A stretch of 64,000 bases of DNA, from positions 1,728,001 to 1,792,000 of the forward strand of contig CP086569.2 in the NCBI GenBank assembly GCA_009914755.4, in the 5' to 3' direction. Below the pieces are notes generated by a model. The model was not told where the DNA came from. It saw nothing but the letters and a program-made list of their open reading frames with translations, and searched no databases. Positions within the stretch are counted from its first letter, which is position 1. Every line of letters begins with the position of its first letter. Shown in pieces: positions 56,797-64,000 of the stretch. A program made the translations under genes and the position numbers. The DNA is from the human T2T-CHM13v2.0 reference genome, Homo sapiens.

Positions 56797-57619
56797 TAGA
56801 AAAAGGATGGGAGATGCAAATCACGCACAAAACTGTCAGCAACAACAACAACAAAAATGTGCTGTCACGTCCCCAGAGCGGCCTCAACACAAATCCGAGC
56901 ATCTGGGGTTTCTGGAATCTGGACTCTGATACATTGTTGCGTTTCCCCTGCTAGCAAATGACAATGGTATCCTGCAGGGTGGAAAGAGTGAGAGAGGCGG
57001 GCAGTCCCCGGCTGTTTAAAATAAGAATGTCGGTGCGCCAGGAGGACGGGATACATTCTTTTCCTGAGAGCAGTAAGGGTTCAAGTGTAAGAAGCCAGTA
57101 ATTATCCTGGGGGAAGCGAGAATCGTCAGGGGAGTAGGGGCAAAGAGCCGAGATGGTATCGATGGTGATGAAAACGCCGGCGTATTCGTGAACACCCTGC
57201 CTTACCCACGGGGCCCTCTTGCATTCGGCTGAGGGGATAATTACAAATAATGAGAAGCCTCTGATCTCAATGCATTTACGGCTTTGGCGTTTGCGAAAGG
57301 AAGAGAGGAGTGTGAAAAATAACCTATTTTACTATGAATGAGACAAAGTAAGATTTCAGGACAAAAGACACCAGCCAAGAAAGGGGGAATGTTAATCCTT
57401 GTCCCAGACCCTTTTATAAAAGTTATCCTTGATCCAATAATTAATGTATTTGATTTGGCTCAAAGAGACAAGGGTTAAAATTAGAAAAAAAAAAGAAAGG
57501 CTTGCTAAGATGTGAGAAGAAAATGAGAGAAGGAATTTATAGTCATCAAAGTGGGATACATTTGTCCATGGCGTATATGAAGTCAAAATGGAAATTCAGA
57601 TCAGAAACCCACATCTTCT

Positions 57620-58325
<706 letters not shown>

Positions 58326-58536
58326 TCATGGACTAAACAACTTCTCTGAATCCAGGTACATTTAGGTTTTTCTTGGAACGAAGCAAGTTAACCTTTTCAG
58401 ACTATTTCTAAACTTGGGCGTGTCTGCTTGATGTGTGTTTCTGGGATCCTTGCTTCCTCTCCCTTTTCTCCACCTCTTCCCTGCATTTAAATAGTGGGAT
58501 AGCCTCCATAGCCTTCACAGTGTCACTCCTTGTTAG

Positions 58537-59042
<506 letters not shown>

Positions 59043-59639
59043 TAAATTTCTTACGGAAAAAAAAAAATTACAATGTATTCTCACAGGAGAACTACCTTTC
59101 ACCTTTGCCAACTTCCAATTTCGCAGTGCAATAAACAAAGGCAACTTTCTGGGGAGAAAGTGACAAAGCATTAATTATACCTTGCAGAAATCCACGGCAC
59201 TTGTACAGGAAAACTGCCTTGTCTATCATTGGAGGGCAGAACCGTGATGGAAAGAATTGATTTCCGTGGCTGAGCTTCTAGTCAATGCTGGGCGTTTAAA
59301 ACACGGTGTGGAGTGAGCGGTTATGAACAGGCCTGATAAATCGTGTTAGAAGGGTAGGTTTCCAGGTTCACGGTGAAAAGCAGGCTGCACGGCACTTGTC
59401 ACAAAATGCAAAACTGTAATATAAACATCTCCAAGACATTTAGAAACAGCAATTGACATACTCGCTGACGAGGAGGGAGAACAGGCATAAAGGTATTCTC
59501 AGCCTTCTGGGTGTATGAGAAGTTCTGACCTCTCTCTGATGGCTAAATTTTCATTACTGGGTAAGAGAAGAGCGGTCCCTGGAGATTCAGTCCTGCCACC
59601 GACTAACTGAGGACCATGTTGTTTTCTTTTTTCTCCTTT

Positions 59640-59930
<291 letters not shown>

Positions 59931-60007
59931 TCTTAATGAGCCGTGAAAAATCAATGGTTCTAAGAATAAGACCAGGATATATTATTTATGTAAATAGGGA
60001 TTTATGA

Positions 60008-60638
<631 letters not shown>

Positions 60639-61187
60639 TGAGTATCCTACTGGACCAGTTGGGTTTGGAGCTACCCTCTAAAATTTCTACTTCTGTAAAT
60701 GAAGTAGTTTTGACACTCACCCCTTGACAAATTGTCAAATGCCACCAGCATCCCCTCCTTTTTTTTTTTTTAGTCGAATTCCAATGTCAAAGACATTACT
60801 AGGAACAATAGCATCGGGGAAAGGATAAATTCTTCCGTGCTTCGTGTCTGGTCTCAAAAGCCCGCAGGGCCATTGTGTTTAACCGTGGGGATTCTGAAGA
60901 TCGCGCCGGCATACCTGTGTGAACTTTTTCTCTTTGTGTGAGCTGGTATAGACTGAAGCATTGTCTGGGTAGAGAAAGGTCATTAATTGTATCAGAGAGC
61001 ATTGAAAACAAACAAACAAAATAAATAAAGAACAGAAAAGCCCGCTGCTAGTCTATGTATTTATGTGCTCCAGCTCCTATCAGGTCCGGTTTTAATTTTT
61101 TAATATAGACCACCAATTTCTTTAAAAGCTGTATGGAAAACTAGTATTTTTTCATAAAGTTTTTTATTTAAAAAACTGGATGAAAGA

Positions 61188-61496
<309 letters not shown>

Positions 61497-61896
61497 TAAT
61501 ATTTTTAAAGATCCTTAATTAAGCCACAGAATTGCAAGAAAGCACCAAGGAATATTCATTAATTTGGTCAGTAGGCTATTCAACAATTGCAGATTTATTT
61601 CCCGCTCATTGACTGATAATACAATAGGTAAAGGGGATAAAGAATCAATAACCTCTGGGCTGAAGAAGGTCACAGTTCTAAAGAGATTCTGTACTTCATT
61701 CTCTAATTTCAAATAAATGTGGTTTAAATAACCACAGATGGTTGGTTCATACAGGTGTTCAAATTTCAAGGGTTTTTTGTAAACTGCTGAAATTATTATG
61801 GTTTTATGTCCTAGTGTTGGCAGTGACTAAAAATAAGAACTAAATATGTTTAAGAGATGTGAGTTTAAAAATAGAATGCTGTAATAATTTAAAATG

Positions 61897-62200
61897 GGCT
61901 GGGCACGGTGGCTCACACCTGTAATACCAGCACTTTGGGGGAGGCTGAGGCGGGAGGATGACCTGAGGTCAGGAGTTTGAGACCAGCCTGGCCAACATGG
62001 TGAAACCCTGTCTCTACTAAAAATACAAAAATGAGCTGGGCGTGGTGGCGTGCACCTGTAGTCCCAGCCACTTCGGAGGCTCAGGCAGGAGAATCGCTTG
62101 AATCCAGGAGATGGAGGTTATAGCAAGCAGAGATTGCAGCACTGCACTCCAGCCTGGGTGACACAGTGAGACTCCATCTCAAAAGAGAAAACAAAAAACT
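61897..62200 (+). mobile_element. Alu
   Basis: gggctgggcacggtggctcacacctgtaataccagcactttggggg...gcctgggtgacacagtgagactccatctcaaaagag. Confidence 0.95.
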
Positions 62201-62679
62201 TAAAAATGGCTAGTGACATTCATGGCTTCTTTTCCGGTAATTACTTATTTAGCGATTTGTGACATAGGGATAAAGCAACATCCTGAGAATCACTCTTATC
62301 TGGCTTTCTGTTACTTACAGGGTTCAAATGGCTGATGATATCTTTATATTTGAAGAAATCACAGAACAAGCTCAGAATTAGGATTCTATTTCTGCTTCTA
62401 CTGAAAAATATATTTATTTATGAGATCAGCTGTGCTGTGGGATCTTTTTTATTGGTACGTGATAGTTTATAGATGTCTGCCTTCCATGTGATTTATTGCT
62501 GCCTGCCTAGAAAGTGTAATGATTAAGCTGGGGTATTTGGCGCGTCCAGCACCTGGAGTCATTTCTGTGTGTTAGCAAAATTTCCAGTTTTCTCTTCTAG
62601 CTGCTTTCAAATATATAATACATTCTGGCTAACTATAGTGACCCTGCTCTACCATAGAACATTATAACTTACATCTTCT

Positions 62680-63003
<324 letters not shown>

Positions 63004-63124
63004 TTATATGTTCTATGTAATTGGATCTTTGTGCCCATTAACCAAACTCTTCATCTAACCACTGTCTCCACAAACCATTTCCAGGATCTCTTATCCATCA
63101 TTCTCCTCTATGTCCATGAGATAA

Positions 63125-63300
63125 CCTTTTTAGTGCCCAAGTATGAGTGAACACACAGAAAACGTGTCTGTCTGTGTCTGGCTTATTTCATGTAACATAA
63201 TGACCTCCAGGGTCATCCATGTTGCTGCAAATGACAGGACTTCCTTCCTTTTGATGGCTGCACCATTGTATATATATAAAACATTCTCTTTTTCAGACAA
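63125..63300 (-). mobile_element. L1 ORF2 3'-region fragment
   Basis: ...ctggcttatttcatgtaacataatgacctccagggtcatccatgttgctgcaaatgacaggacttccttccttttgatggctgcaccattgtatatat... Confidence 0.5.
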
Positions 63301-63407
63301 AATAGACTTTAATTCAAATGCTGTCACAAGAGACAAAGAAGGTCTTCATGTAACTCAAAATGGTTGATTCCACAGGAATACATAACAATTGTAAATATAC
63401 ATGCTGA

Positions 63408-63728
<321 letters not shown>

Positions 63729-63766
63729 ATTGTAAGGGAAACATAAGACTGGTACAATAATAGTAG

Positions 63767-64000
<234 letters not shown>

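Overview
This window is hominoid (human-like) nuclear DNA, not a prokaryotic locus, and roughly half of it is recognisable repeats. I found no convincing protein-coding gene, RNA gene or CRISPR array. Almost every ORF in the supplied six-frame track is the translation of an Alu element or of a low-complexity tract.

What is here:
- About 70 Alu copies or fragments, including AluY-like copies, several with clear target-site duplications.
- Old L1 fragments on both strands.
- MaLR/THE1-type LTR fragments and a solo HERV-K (LTR5-family) LTR.
- Many tandem repeats: an 84-bp VNTR, 28-bp and 58-bp minisatellites built from L1 3' tails, and a (GATGGT)n array.
- Kilobase-scale polypyrimidine/polypurine tracts and CA-rich tracts.

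The most interesting observations are structural:
- An Alu whose left monomer is tandemly amplified five times.
- A 297-bp tandem triplication of a whole Alu.
- The LTR5 solo LTR inserted into an Alu with a 6-bp target-site duplication.
- A 300-bp non-repeat segment copied into an Alu 7 kb away, with about 12 bp of duplicated Alu target sequence and no poly-A.
- Three Alu insertions at the same position of the 58-bp minisatellite unit.
- Several local duplications, and one inverted templated filler inside an Alu.

All coordinates are approximate (about ±5 bp), read by eye from the sequence.
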